From contig OZ024740.1 of assembly GCA_964016885.1 (NCBI GenBank), positions 436,170,001 through 436,234,000 of the forward strand: a DNA stretch of 64,000 nt, in the 5' to 3' direction. Of this stretch, positions 45,326-56,600 are shown piece after piece; positions within the stretch are counted from its first letter, which is position 1; every line of letters starts with the position of its first letter. Under the pieces are notes generated by a model. It had not been told where the DNA came from and did not search any database. It saw only the letters and a list, made by a program, of their open reading frames with translations. The position numbers and the translations under genes are program-made. Source of the stretch: Eledone cirrhosa (lineage: Eukaryota).

Positions 45326-45688
45326 CATATATACATACTAATATATGTACATACATTAATCCAGACAGACAGACATACAGACAGGTAAAGCTAACTGATG
45401 TTAATGTATATACGAATGAGTAAACTAGGTAGAAAATATGGAGAAAACTAAATCGATTTATTTTGCAGGATACGAAATGTGTATGGAGATTGTATTTGTT
45501 TACTCCGTCTTGAAAGGTTAGTAACATCAACTTGGATTGAGTTTCCAATAAACCTACAGCGTCTTTTTAATGAACTCCAACTAAATTCCAAACATCTTAA
45601 CATATTACTTCATCTAGTCAATGTGTTCTTGTCAATGTTATAGTTTTCAACTGACACAAACCGAATAAACCTCCCCTCTCTCTCTCTC

Positions 45689-45738
<50 letters not shown>

Positions 45739-45779
45739 AGAAAAAAGAGAATCAGTGTTGCGACGAAAGGAATTTATTG

Positions 45780-45872
45780 GACATATTATAATTGTTTCTC
45801 GGGCGACCAGCTCGAGGCACGATCGATGTGGTGATCAAACCTAACTCTGATCGCGCGGTCCTCGGATACGTC
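45780..45872 (-). ncRNA. Degenerate hammerhead ribozyme next to an inverted PLE-type tail
   Basis: Stem I gacgtat/atatgtc; core CCGAGGA (U4 to C); stem II gcgatc/ggtcgc; GAAAcaattaUA; plus-strand tail atactctgctc..tcgagtgc at 45879-45907. Confidence 0.55.
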
Positions 45873-45953
45873 TCGATTATACTCTGCTCTATGAGAGCAT
45901 CGAGTGCTCACACGGCCTACCGCATACGGACGCTTTAAGCATCCAACACCAAT

Positions 45954-46045
<92 letters not shown>

Positions 46046-46229
46046 TCTCCGTCTCTCCTAAATTCCTCTCCCTCGTTTCTCCCTGTAAACCGAGACTTCC
46101 CGTTGTTCACCCAAGGGAGATCACTAAACCTCCCATTGGTAACAGTCAACTTGAAAATGTCCCAGAAAATATCTCGTACAGAATCTTTACGGCGGTAACA
46201 CAGACACAAAGACACACAGACATACAGAC

Positions 46230-49200
46230 AAATTTCTGTTTATTTGCCACTAGGGCACAAAAGAAAGGGACATGTACATGGGTGGGGGGAGTTTACATAA
46301 AAATCGAGTAAGAAAAATGTAATAAGTAAAATTTTAACAAGAAGGTCCTCAATAGGGAGGGATCGTTTTGGGGTCACACATACCCCCGAAAAAAATGTGC
46401 GAACCTTCTCCACGGGAGCACAAAGAGAGGGTGCTCCCTTCTTCCTTTTCCACCTACAGGCTGAGGTAGAGAGAAGGCCCATTCACACGGGCCATTCTCG
46501 CAACTTTCACCCACCTTTCATAAAACTGGCTGGGGTGGAGCACCTCTCTCTCCATCTTGATCCTTCATCCGAAATGGAATCGGAAGAAAAGGACCAGTTG
46601 TTGGCCGGAAAGAAAGGTGTCCAACCTCAGCCCTTTCAGACGAGTCCACCATATAACCTCTTTTACCATGGCTATTACACAGAGGAAGACCGCCTCTCCT
46701 TCATTTTTGAAGGGAGGAGGTGGCTTGATCGTTACAATGGACTCGGTGGTCAACCTAATTGGTCCCACCCGTGACAGCAGTTGTTCAACATAGCCCCACA
46801 GATCGGCAACGCCCGGGCAGAGCACCAATGCGTACGCGACGGTTTCCTCATCGCGCACGCATCTGGGACAGATCTTTTCCGGGGGGTCCCTACGCGGGCG
46901 CCCGTCTGTAGAGCTTATCCCGAACGGGCAGAGCCCCTCGGTAGCACTGCCAGGCCAAGGACTTCTGGAAGTTGTTCATAGGTCTCGGGCCGAAAGTCCT
47001 ACCGAATAGGCTGGCCAGTTCGTCCTCCTCCATGCCTAGGGTTTCTCCGTGGGAGTCGTCGCACCTGCTAACCACCAGCCCTCTATAGAATGACGAGGTG
47101 GAGTCTCCATCGATAGCCGGGTCCGCCTGCCAGAGAGCCGTGAGCGCCTGGGCACACTCGGTGTGCCAGTCGCCCAGTTTTCTCGGTCTTTGCTTCACCC
47201 AGGACTGCAGTTCGGTGAGCGAGAAGAGCCTCGGGAAGGCTCGCCTCACAAACGGGGCCCACACCGGTTGACCGGTGAGGAATACCTGGAGGTGCCTTAG
47301 CCTCAATGCGTTTTTACGCATTTTTAGCCACGGCATCCCCAGCCCTGCTTTCAAAGGGTGTTGACAGCAGATGGATCTCCTAACCAGAGGAGACCTCTTC
47401 TTCCAAAGGAAATAAAAGAGGGCGCGCTCCATTTTGGCGAGGATCTCACTCGGGAAAGGCACGACAGTCAAGCGGTAATAGATGACGGACGCTATGTAAG
47501 CGTTCGCCACCTCCGCCCGACCTTTTAGGGATAGTTTGCACTCGGCCCACTTCTGGGTCAGTGCAAACACCCTATTCGTCACCTCACCCCAGTTTTTCTC
47601 CACCTGGAGGTCCGGTCCGAACCAGACCCCAAGCAACTTCACCGGGCCCTCCGTCCACCGTCCGACGATACCGTCGGACGACATCGCTTTGCCCCTCCAC
47701 TCGCCGAGTTGCAAAGCGACTGACTTGTCCCGGTTCAGCTTAGCCCCTGTCAACCTTTCGTACTCCTCCAGTAAGGTGCCGATTGCCTCGATTTCCGCGG
47801 TGGTCGACACCATAACTGTTACGTCATCGGCGTAGGCCGACACCGCTTTCCGCAATCCCGGTTCCAAAGGGATGCTCTGAAACAACTCCAACTTCCGCAG
47901 TAAATGCTCGAGAGCCAATACATACAGAAGGGAGGAGAGAGGGCACCCTTGTCGGATGGAGCGGGTGATTTCGAACGGCTCCGAGAGGTAGCCGTTCACC
48001 TTGACGCTAGAGCAGATGCGGCTGCTGTGCATGGCAGTGATCCAGCCCCTGAAAACGGGTCCGAACCCAGCCGCCGCTAGCACCGCATCCATGTAACCAT
48101 GGTCCACCCTATCGAACGCTTTAGACTGATCTAAATTTATCAGGGCCCCACCAAAGCCGGGTTCGTTCCCAACCCTCTCTATGATGTATCGCATGAGGTA
48201 GAGGTTGTCGTGGATGGACCTGGACGGGATAGCACATGTCTGCGCATCTCCCACCAGGCCCCCCACGACAAGCGCCAACCTCTTCGCTAACACCTTGGCC
48301 AAAATCTTTAACTCTGCATCTAGCAGTGTTATGGGCCTAAAATTACTAATGTCATCCCCCTTGTTCTCGTCCTTCCTCACTAGCGAGACTACGCCCTTGG
48401 TCACAGAACAGGGAATTCTCCCGTTCTGTTGCCAGCTGCAGTAGACCGCCTCGAGGAGATCGGGGAACAAGTCCGGCATATTAATATATAGTTCGTAGGG
48501 CAGACCATCGAGCCCTGGAGATTTGCGTTTGCCTCATAGGCTCAGTACGTCCCCTATTTCAGCAGCTGAGATCGGCCCGTCGCAGGACCTCGCCTCCTTG
48601 TCCGAAAGACGCGGCAGGCCGTCGAGGTATGGACCGAAATCCACACCTCCAACCGGCCCCCCGCCCCTCCCGAACAATCGGGCAAAGTGCCTTTGAAAGG
48701 CCTCGCACATTTGCTTAGGTTCAAGGATCACCCGTCCATCCTGGTCTCGCAAAGACCGGATAGTGGATTTAATCCCACTTTTCGCTTCTGTCACGCGAGC
48801 CCAGCTAACAGCTTTGGTCCCCTCGTTTCCCAGAGCACGTATTTTGCTTCGGACAACGCAGCCTTCGTGTTTCGCGTCGAAGAACTGGTTCAAGGCCGTT
48901 CTCGACGCTTGTACTCTGGCCACGTTGCCGCTTCTCATTGCCTCTTCAACATTAACTACCAACTCCCTTTCCTTCCTATTTCTATCTGAGGCTAACTCGT
49001 TACTAACTCCTATTGAAACTACTCTAATCTCTCTTTTTAGAGAGCTCCACCACCTGCTGTTGACGATGGTGCCCGTCAACCGCTCCTTAACTAAGGTTCT
49101 AATCCGGTCCCTGTAAGCTCTACTTGCCGGTAAGGACAAGTTGAGCTTCCAGTAACCGAGTACCTGCCTATGCGTTCTATCAAGGTGGACTACGTAGGTC

Positions 49201-51440
49201 ACTAACTTGTGGTCTGAATAGCCCACCATGAGCATTTCTGGACAACTTAAAAAGTCCCTATCCTTAATTCTAACTAAGAACCTATCTAGGTACGATCTAG
49301 ATTGACCACTGTTATTTGACCAAATCCAGGTTGGCACAGTCGGAAAATCTAGTCGGTATCTATCGGCCAGGTCAAATCGGCCGATTAACCCCTTGAGGCT
49401 GTTACACCCCCCTCTATCGGGACATGCCCCTACATAGTCCCAACGTGCATCTAGGATACCATTCCAGTCCCCCACTAAAAGCAAGGAGCGGGACGTCCCT
49501 AGAAAAGTCTCCAGACAATGGAAGAAGTCCGACCGCATTGCCCCAAAAGGGGCGTATACGGCGACAAGCCTAAATGCTTCGCCTTCACCATTGCCAAGGT
49601 CCAGAACCACGAGTTGACCCTCCGGGTCCAAGTGTACCGTCTGTGTAGCGAGACCCAGATGTTTTTGCAGCAGAGCGACAACCCCACCCCCACCTCCGAG
49701 GGGGGTATTAGTGTGTGGAAGGGTTGGGGTGTTTGAGGAGGGGAGGGGGAAAACCTTTCAGGAGGACGCGGTTGAGTGGCCTGGTGCAGTGTGGCCCCAT
49801 GTCCTCAGGGTAAATGTTTTTCAATGTTTTAAAAATGTCAAGTGGGACCTTCACCATTTTCAGATTAGGGAGTCCCGTTGCCATTGTAAAATTCGGCCCT
49901 TCGGTTTGTACCGAAGGGGGTTGTTTATTTTGTCTGCTAAGTTTTTATTGTTTTTGTTTATGTATGTGTAGAGTTTTTGTGTTGTTTGTTTTGTTTGTTG
50001 TTCTTGAGTGAGCTTGCGTTTTGTTGTATGTGTTGTGTTGTCAGGTGGGTTATTTTTGTTTGTGTGTACGTTTTTTCTTTTGACTTTTTGGAAGGGAGCC
50101 CCCTCGTCTTCCGAGGATATGAGCTCCTCTTCCGTATTGGAAGGGAGGGGTATATTGCCAGGTTGTGTTTGCACTGCGTGTGTTTTTGTATTTGTGTTCT
50201 GTGGGGAGGGGCTGGGTGGGACCGTGTTTTGGGTTGTTTTCTTGAGCTGTTGTTGTTGTGGTGGTAGTGGTGGTGTTGGTGGTGTTATTGTTTGTGGTGT
50301 TTGTAATAAAGGTTTCTTTTTTATCAGTTGAGGGCATGCAACCCTCAGGTGACCTCTGCTTGCGCAGTGGTAACACGCGGGTCGCCTACCCTCAACTGAA
50401 ATATTTATTTAGGTCTCTCCATCTAAATGAATTCTCTGTGGGATCCTCGTTATCCTTTCTGGGATCATCTGCACCAGAAATTCTACGCTAGTCCCACTAA
50501 AGACCTCTCTGGGGGACTTTCCAACCGAGATTATAATGTCTTGGTCAAGGTCTAAAACGCCACAAAGTAGCCACCAAGTGTCTACTTTGGGTCTTATGCA
50601 GTGGAATTTTATTTTTTGCGACCTTCTTCCCATATAAGACGGGAAAAGGGTGAAGTGGGTGGATACAATGGGCGCAATAGAATGTTTTAGCGCCGTTTCT
50701 TGATTCCTCATAAGCACCGAGATGCTACCGAAGAGTTTTCCTTTTTGGATGAACAAAATGTTTTCCATTTTGTTCCTTAAAACCAGCTCTATCTCACTCT
50801 GAGATGGTTGTACAGGTTTTTTTGCCGCATTCGAGATTGTCCTGAACACCACCGTGCTCGTGGCAATTTCTCTTTTTTATTTCTTCTGGGGAATTAATGC
50901 TGAATGAACCATCGGGTTCGAAAGTCACATACCTTTTTGCTGCTTTTGCTTTGCGTTTTTTTACAGTTTCCGCAAAGGAAATTTTGTTGTCGATGTCTTT
51001 CTTGTTATTGTTGTTGTTATTGTCACTGTTCACTTTGGTGTTCGTATTCGTATCGATAATTTTTCCGTTGCTGGTATTATTTCCAATTTGTATCTTTTCG
51101 GTTGTTGACTGTTGTTCCTTATTAACGTTTGTCGTTAAAGGAACGGGAGGAAGCTGGGCACTTTGTGCTTTCAATTTTCCTCGAAGATTTATTTTTTCTT
51201 CGGGGAGCGTGGCACCATGACTTGTACTAATGCCGTTCATTACTACAAGCCGAGTTCACAAAAATGAAAGATGAAAACTTTCACCCCAAAAAGGGGCGAA
51301 AACAATAATAACCCCGTCTGCAGGCCCAAACGAGGGGTTAAACTATATTACAATAGAAAAATAATCCCAAAACTCACTCTTTACAAGGTAAAACCAATGC
51401 AAAACACAGAGCTCGTTAATACACGTCTACCTCCGTTGAC
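46230..51440 (-). mobile_element. Tx1/L1-clade LINE copy B, near full length
   Basis: ORF1 pieces 51240-~49700 homologous to copy A; ~300-bp deletion at ~49695 removing the ORF2 start; same 3' UTR ending ggcaaataaa. Confidence 0.92.
46455..49690 (-). pseudogene. Tx1-type ORF2 (APE endonuclease + RT + zinc finger)
   Basis: VGDWNG, SYLDRF, YSDH, NLDQSKAFDRVDH, IRQGCPLS, AYADD; in-frame TGA at 48534-48536; frameshifts near the C-terminus. Confidence 0.92.
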
Positions 51441-51491
51441 AGATAGACATGCGCACACGAATAAATATATATATTTATATATATATATGTA

Positions 51492-51550
<59 letters not shown>

Positions 51551-51551
51551 C

Positions 51552-51590
<39 letters not shown>

Positions 51591-51809
51591 GACAGGTAAG
51601 TATGTTTTAAAACAGCGAGCGAGTTTGAAATTAGAAATATAAACTTTCGCCGTATTTTTTAAAAGATGAGTACTAAAGTACATGTACTTTAATACTCATA
51701 TGATGAGTATTAAAGTACATGTACTTTAGTACTCATCTTTTAAAAAATACGGCGAAAGTTTATATTTCTAATTTCAAACTCGCTCGCTGTTTTAAAACAC
51801 TTACCTGTC
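51591..51809. mobile_element. ~220-bp palindrome of the 42260 family, tail on both arms, nested hairpins
   Basis: 3-nt spacer at 51700-51702; each arm holds gagtaytaaagtac-at-gtactttartactc; (TA)n flanks. Confidence 0.75.
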
Positions 51810-51840
<31 letters not shown>

Positions 51841-51844
<4 letters not shown>

Positions 51845-51945
51845 GATGGATCTACTCGAAGTTATGCTGAACGACACTCACCCAAGATACCCTCCCATAG
51901 GATTGAACCCGCGACCTAATGATTGCAAAGGGAATTGTTTAACCC
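51841..51945 (-). mobile_element. tRNA-derived SINE head, inverted partial copy
   Basis: Reverse complement of 52456-52560 with 3 mismatches seen. Confidence 0.75.
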
Positions 51946-52449
51946 TGTATAGGGGGGAGGGGCTATTTGAATAATTGTCATTTGTCTTCGAGTTCTACTG
52001 AACTAAATAGCTCCATCATAACCACTGCCATTCTCATAACAGCTACTATGGTACATAGCAAACAGTTTATTAAACTAAACAAAAAATGATAAAATCTGTG
52101 CAATATAAATGGCAATAAAGAAATGAAAAACGAAGAGAATGAAAAATAAAGAATAGAGAATGTAAGCAGCGAAAGAAAGAGAAAAAGGGGAGAGGAGACA
52201 GATTCACCACCCCTGTCTGAGTGGTATGTTTCAGCAGCACTTGGCGGACAAATTGGCGAAGGTATTGCTGCAGAGAATTGCCTGCGACACCCACAGGAAC
52301 AGCCACCCGACCTCACGGGATTCTTCCTCAGGCGGACTACTGTCTTTCTGGTTTTATGGAGGAAATTATCAGTGTGAAGACCAAAGATAAGTGATGTCTT
52401 GACAGGGACCAACACGAGAAGGAAGCTCAGTAAATAACTGTCAACACGG

Positions 52450-52700
52450 ACAAATGGTTAAACAATTCCCTTTGCAATCATTAGGTCGCGGGTTCAATCC
52501 TGTGGGAGGGTAACTTGGGTGAGTGTCGTTCACCATAACTTCGAGTAGATCCATCTGTGTCGGTGTAATTGGGTAGACAGAAACTGTTTGGAAGTCCGTT
52601 TGATAATCTGCATTTTTAATTCAAAAGACCAGCCTTATCATAACACTGTGCTGAATCTCCCTGAGTACTACTCTAAGCATACAAGTTTATTTCAACAACA
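52450..52700 (+). mobile_element. tRNA-derived SINE
   Basis: A-box-like aatggtt, anticodon-like ttGCAat, B-box ggttcaatcc, then gggtagacagaaactg body. Confidence 0.7.
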
Positions 52701-52949
52701 GGCTGTATCGTTTACCGAACAACTCGAACACACATCGTTAGAACTGACGGAGGTCCATTCCACTTCTAATTCTAACAACAACGTCATTAACCCCATCAAG
52801 ACTACCACAAGGACCTCATCATCATCACCATTACCATCACTAACACCACCACCACCTCTCTATCATTACCCTCCTCATCCCCATCACCACTATTGTAACT
52901 CCGCTGTCCATTCGCAGCATCATCGCCATAACACCCGGTAACACCAATA

Positions 52950-53642
52950 TCAACACCACCATCTTGAACACCACTACCACCATCAACACCAACACCACCA
53001 CATCACCACTACAACCAACACCAATACCACCACCACTACCACTACACCAACACCACCACCACCACTACACACCACCAACACCCGCACCACTACCACTACA
53101 CCACCACCAACACCACCACCACCAACATCACTACCACTACACCACCACCACTACACCACCACCAACACCATTACCACTACACTACCACCAACACCACCAC
53201 AACTACCACTACACCACCACAACCACTACATGACCACCAACACCACCACGACCACTACCACTACACCACCACCAACACCACCACCATAACCACTACACCA
53301 CCACCACTACCACTACACCAACAACACCACCACCACCACTACACCAACAACACCACCACCACTACCACCACCACCACCACCACCACCACCACCACCACCA
53401 CCACCACTACACCACCACCAACACCACCACCACCACTACACCACCACCAACACCACCACCACTACACCACCAACACCACCACCACAACCAGTACACCACC
53501 ACCAACACCACCAACACCACCACCAACACCACCACCACTACCACTACCACTACACCACCATCAAGACCAACACCACCACTACCAACACCACTTCCACCAC
53601 GACCATCATCACCACCACTACCACTACACCACTTTCACCACA
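52950..53642. repeat. (CAC/CAA/TAC)n degenerate repeat
   Basis: Read directly. Confidence 0.93.
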
Positions 53643-53697
53643 TTATGTCAGTAAGTATTAAGACATGCCTGTTCCTGGGGTGATGTAGGAGGGTGCT

Positions 53698-56600
53698 CTA
53701 TGTGAGGTGGTGGTGGTAGGTGGTGTTCTATGTGATGTGGTGGTGGTGGTAGGTGGTGTTCTATGTGATGTGGTGGTGGTAGGTGGTGTTCTATGTGATG
53801 TGGTGGTGGTGGTGTTCTATGTGATGTGGTGGTGGTAGGTGGTGTTCTATGTGATGTGGTGGTGGTGGTGTTCTATGTGATGTGGTGGTGGTGGTGTTGT
53901 TCTATGTGATGTGGTGGTGGTGGTGGTAGGTGGTGTTCTATGTGATGTGGTGGTGGTGGTAGGTGGTGTTCTATGTGATGTGGTGGTGGTGGTAGGTGGT
54001 GTTCTATGTGATGTGGTGGTGGTAGGTGGTGTTCTATGTGATGTGGTGGTGGTAGGTGGTGTTCTATGTGATGTGGTGGTGGTGGTGTTGTTCTATGTGA
54101 TGTGGTTGTGGTGGTGTTCTATGTGATGTGGTGGTGGTAGGTGGTGTTCTATGTGATGTGGTGGTGGTGGTGGTGTTCTATGTGATGTGGTGGTGGTGGT
54201 GTTGTTCTATGTGATGTAGTGGTGGTGGTGGTAGGTGGTGTTCTATGTGATGTGGTGGTGGTAGGTGGTGTTCTATGTGATGTGGTCGTGGTAGGTGGTG
54301 TTCTATGTGATGTGGTGGTGGTAGGTGGTGTTCTATGTGATGTGGTGTTGGTGGTGTTGTTCTATGTGATGTGGTGGTGGTGGTGGTAGGTGGTGTTCTA
54401 TGTGATGTGGTGGTGGTGGTAGGTGGTGTTCTATGTGATGTGGTGGTGGTGGTGGTGTTGTTCTATGTGATGTGGTGGTGGTAGGTGGTGTTCTATGTGA
54501 TGTGGTGGTGGTGGTGGTGTTCTATGTGATGTGGTGGTGGTGGTGGTGGTAGGTGGTGTTCTATGTGATGTGGTGGTGGTGGTAGGTGGTATTCTATGTG
54601 ATGTGGTGGTGGTGGTGGTGTTGTTCTATGTGATGTGGTGGTGGTAGGTGGTGTTCTATGTGATGTGGTGGTGGTGGTAGGTGGTGTTCTATGTGATGTG
54701 GTGGTGGTGGTAGGTGGTGTTCTATGTGATGTGGTGGTGGTAGGTGGTGTTCTATGTGATGTGGTGGTGGTAGGTGGTGTTCTATGTGATGTGGTGGTGG
54801 TAGGTGGTGTTCTATGTGATGTGGTGGTGGTGGTGGTGTTGTTCTATGTGATGTGGTGGTGGTGGTGGTAGGTGGTGTTCTATGTGATGTGGTGGTGGTG
54901 GTAGGTGGTGTTCTATGTGATGTGGTGGTGGTAGGTGGTGTTCTATGTGATGTGGTGGTGGTGGTAGGTGGTGTTCTATGTGATGTGGTGGTGGTAGGTG
55001 GTGTTCTATGTGATGTGGTGGTGGTAGGTGGTGTTCTATGTGATGTGGTGGTGGTGGTGTTGTTCTATGTGATGTGGTGGTGGTGGTGGTGTTCTATGTG
55101 ATGTGGTGGTGGTGGTGTTGTTCTATGTGATGTGGTGGTGGTGGTGGTGTTCTATGTGATGTGGTGGTGGTAGGTGGTGTTCTATGTGATGTGGTGGTGG
55201 TGGTGGTGGTGGTGGTGTTCCTGTGTTGTGGTGGTGGTGGTGTTGTTCTATGTGATGTGGTGGTGGTGGTGGTAGGTGGTATTCTATGTGATGTGGTGGT
55301 GGTAGGTGGTGTTCTATGTGATGTGGTGGTGGTGGTGTTGTTCTATGTGATGTGGTGGTGGTGGTGGTAGGTGGTGTTCTATGTGATGTGGTGGTGGTAG
55401 GTGGTGTTCTATGTGATGTGGTGGTGGTAGGTGGTGTTCTATGTGATGTGGTGGTGGTAGGTGGTGTTCTATGTGATGTGGTGGTGGTGGTGTTGTTCTA
55501 TGTGATGTGGTGGTGGTGGTGGTAGGTGGTGTTCTATGTGATGTGGTGGTGGTAGGTGGTGTTCTATGTGATGTGGTGGTGGTGGTGTTGTTCTATGTGA
55601 TGTGGTGGTGGTGGTGGTGGTGGTAGGTGTTGTTCTATGTGATGTGGTGGTGGTAGGTGGTGTTCTATGTGGTGTGGTGGTGGTAGGTGGTGTTCTATGT
55701 GATGTGGTGGTGGTAGGTGGTGTTCTATGTGATGTGGTGGTGGTGGTGGTGTTGCTCTATGTGATGTGGTGGTGATAGGTGGTGTTCTATGTGATGTGGT
55801 GGTGGTGGTGTTGTTCTATGTGATGTGGTGGTGGTAGGTGGTTTCTATGTGATGTGGTGGTGGTGGTGTTGTTCTATGTGATGTGGTGGTGGTGGTGGTG
55901 TTCTATGTGATGTGGTGGTGGTAGGTGGTGTTCTATGTGATGTGGTGGTGGTGGTGTTGTTCTATGTGATGTGGTGGTGGTAGGTGGTGTTCTATGTGAT
56001 GTGGTGGTGGTGGTGTTGTTCTATGTGATGTGGTGGTGGTAGGTGGTGTTCTATGTGATGTGGTGGTGGTGGTGGTGTTGTTCTATGTGATGTGGTGGTG
56101 GTGGTGGTGGTAGGTGGTGTTCTATGTGATGTGGTGGTGGTGGAGTTGTCCTATGTGATGTGGTGGTGGTAGGTGGTGTTCTATGTGATGTGGTGGTGGT
56201 GGTGGTGGTGTTGTTCTATGTGATGTGGTGGTGGTAGGTGGTGTTCTATGTGATGTGGTGGTGGTGGTGGTGTTCTATGTGATGTGGTGGTGGTAGGTGG
56301 TGTCCTATGTGGTGTGGTGGTGGTAGGTGGTGTTCTATGTGGTGTGGTGGTGGTAGGTGGTGTTCTATGTGATGTGGTGGTGGTAGGTGGTGTTCTATGT
56401 GATGTGGTGGTGGTGGTGGTGTTCTATGTGATGTGGTGGTGGTAGGTGGTGTCCTATGTGATGTGGTGGTGGTGGAGTTGTCCTATGTGATGTGGTGGTG
56501 GTAGGTGGTGTTCTATGTGATGTGGTGGTGGTGGTGGTGGTGTTGTTCTATGTGATGTGGTGGTGGTAGGTGGTGTTCTATGTGATGTGGTGGTGGTGGT

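Noticed and set aside
48534-48536. In-frame TGA in Tx1 ORF2 as selenocysteine or readthrough
   Set aside because: The copy also has deletions and frameshifts, so ordinary decay is simpler; no SECIS noticed.
52190-52430. GC-richer island: CTGAGGA..GAAA on minus, or RT-like KLAKVLLQRI on plus
   Set aside because: Stems I and III do not close, and the peptide similarity is too short to call.
52450-52510. tRNA-Cys gene
   Set aside because: No proper acceptor or anticodon stem; continues into a SINE body.
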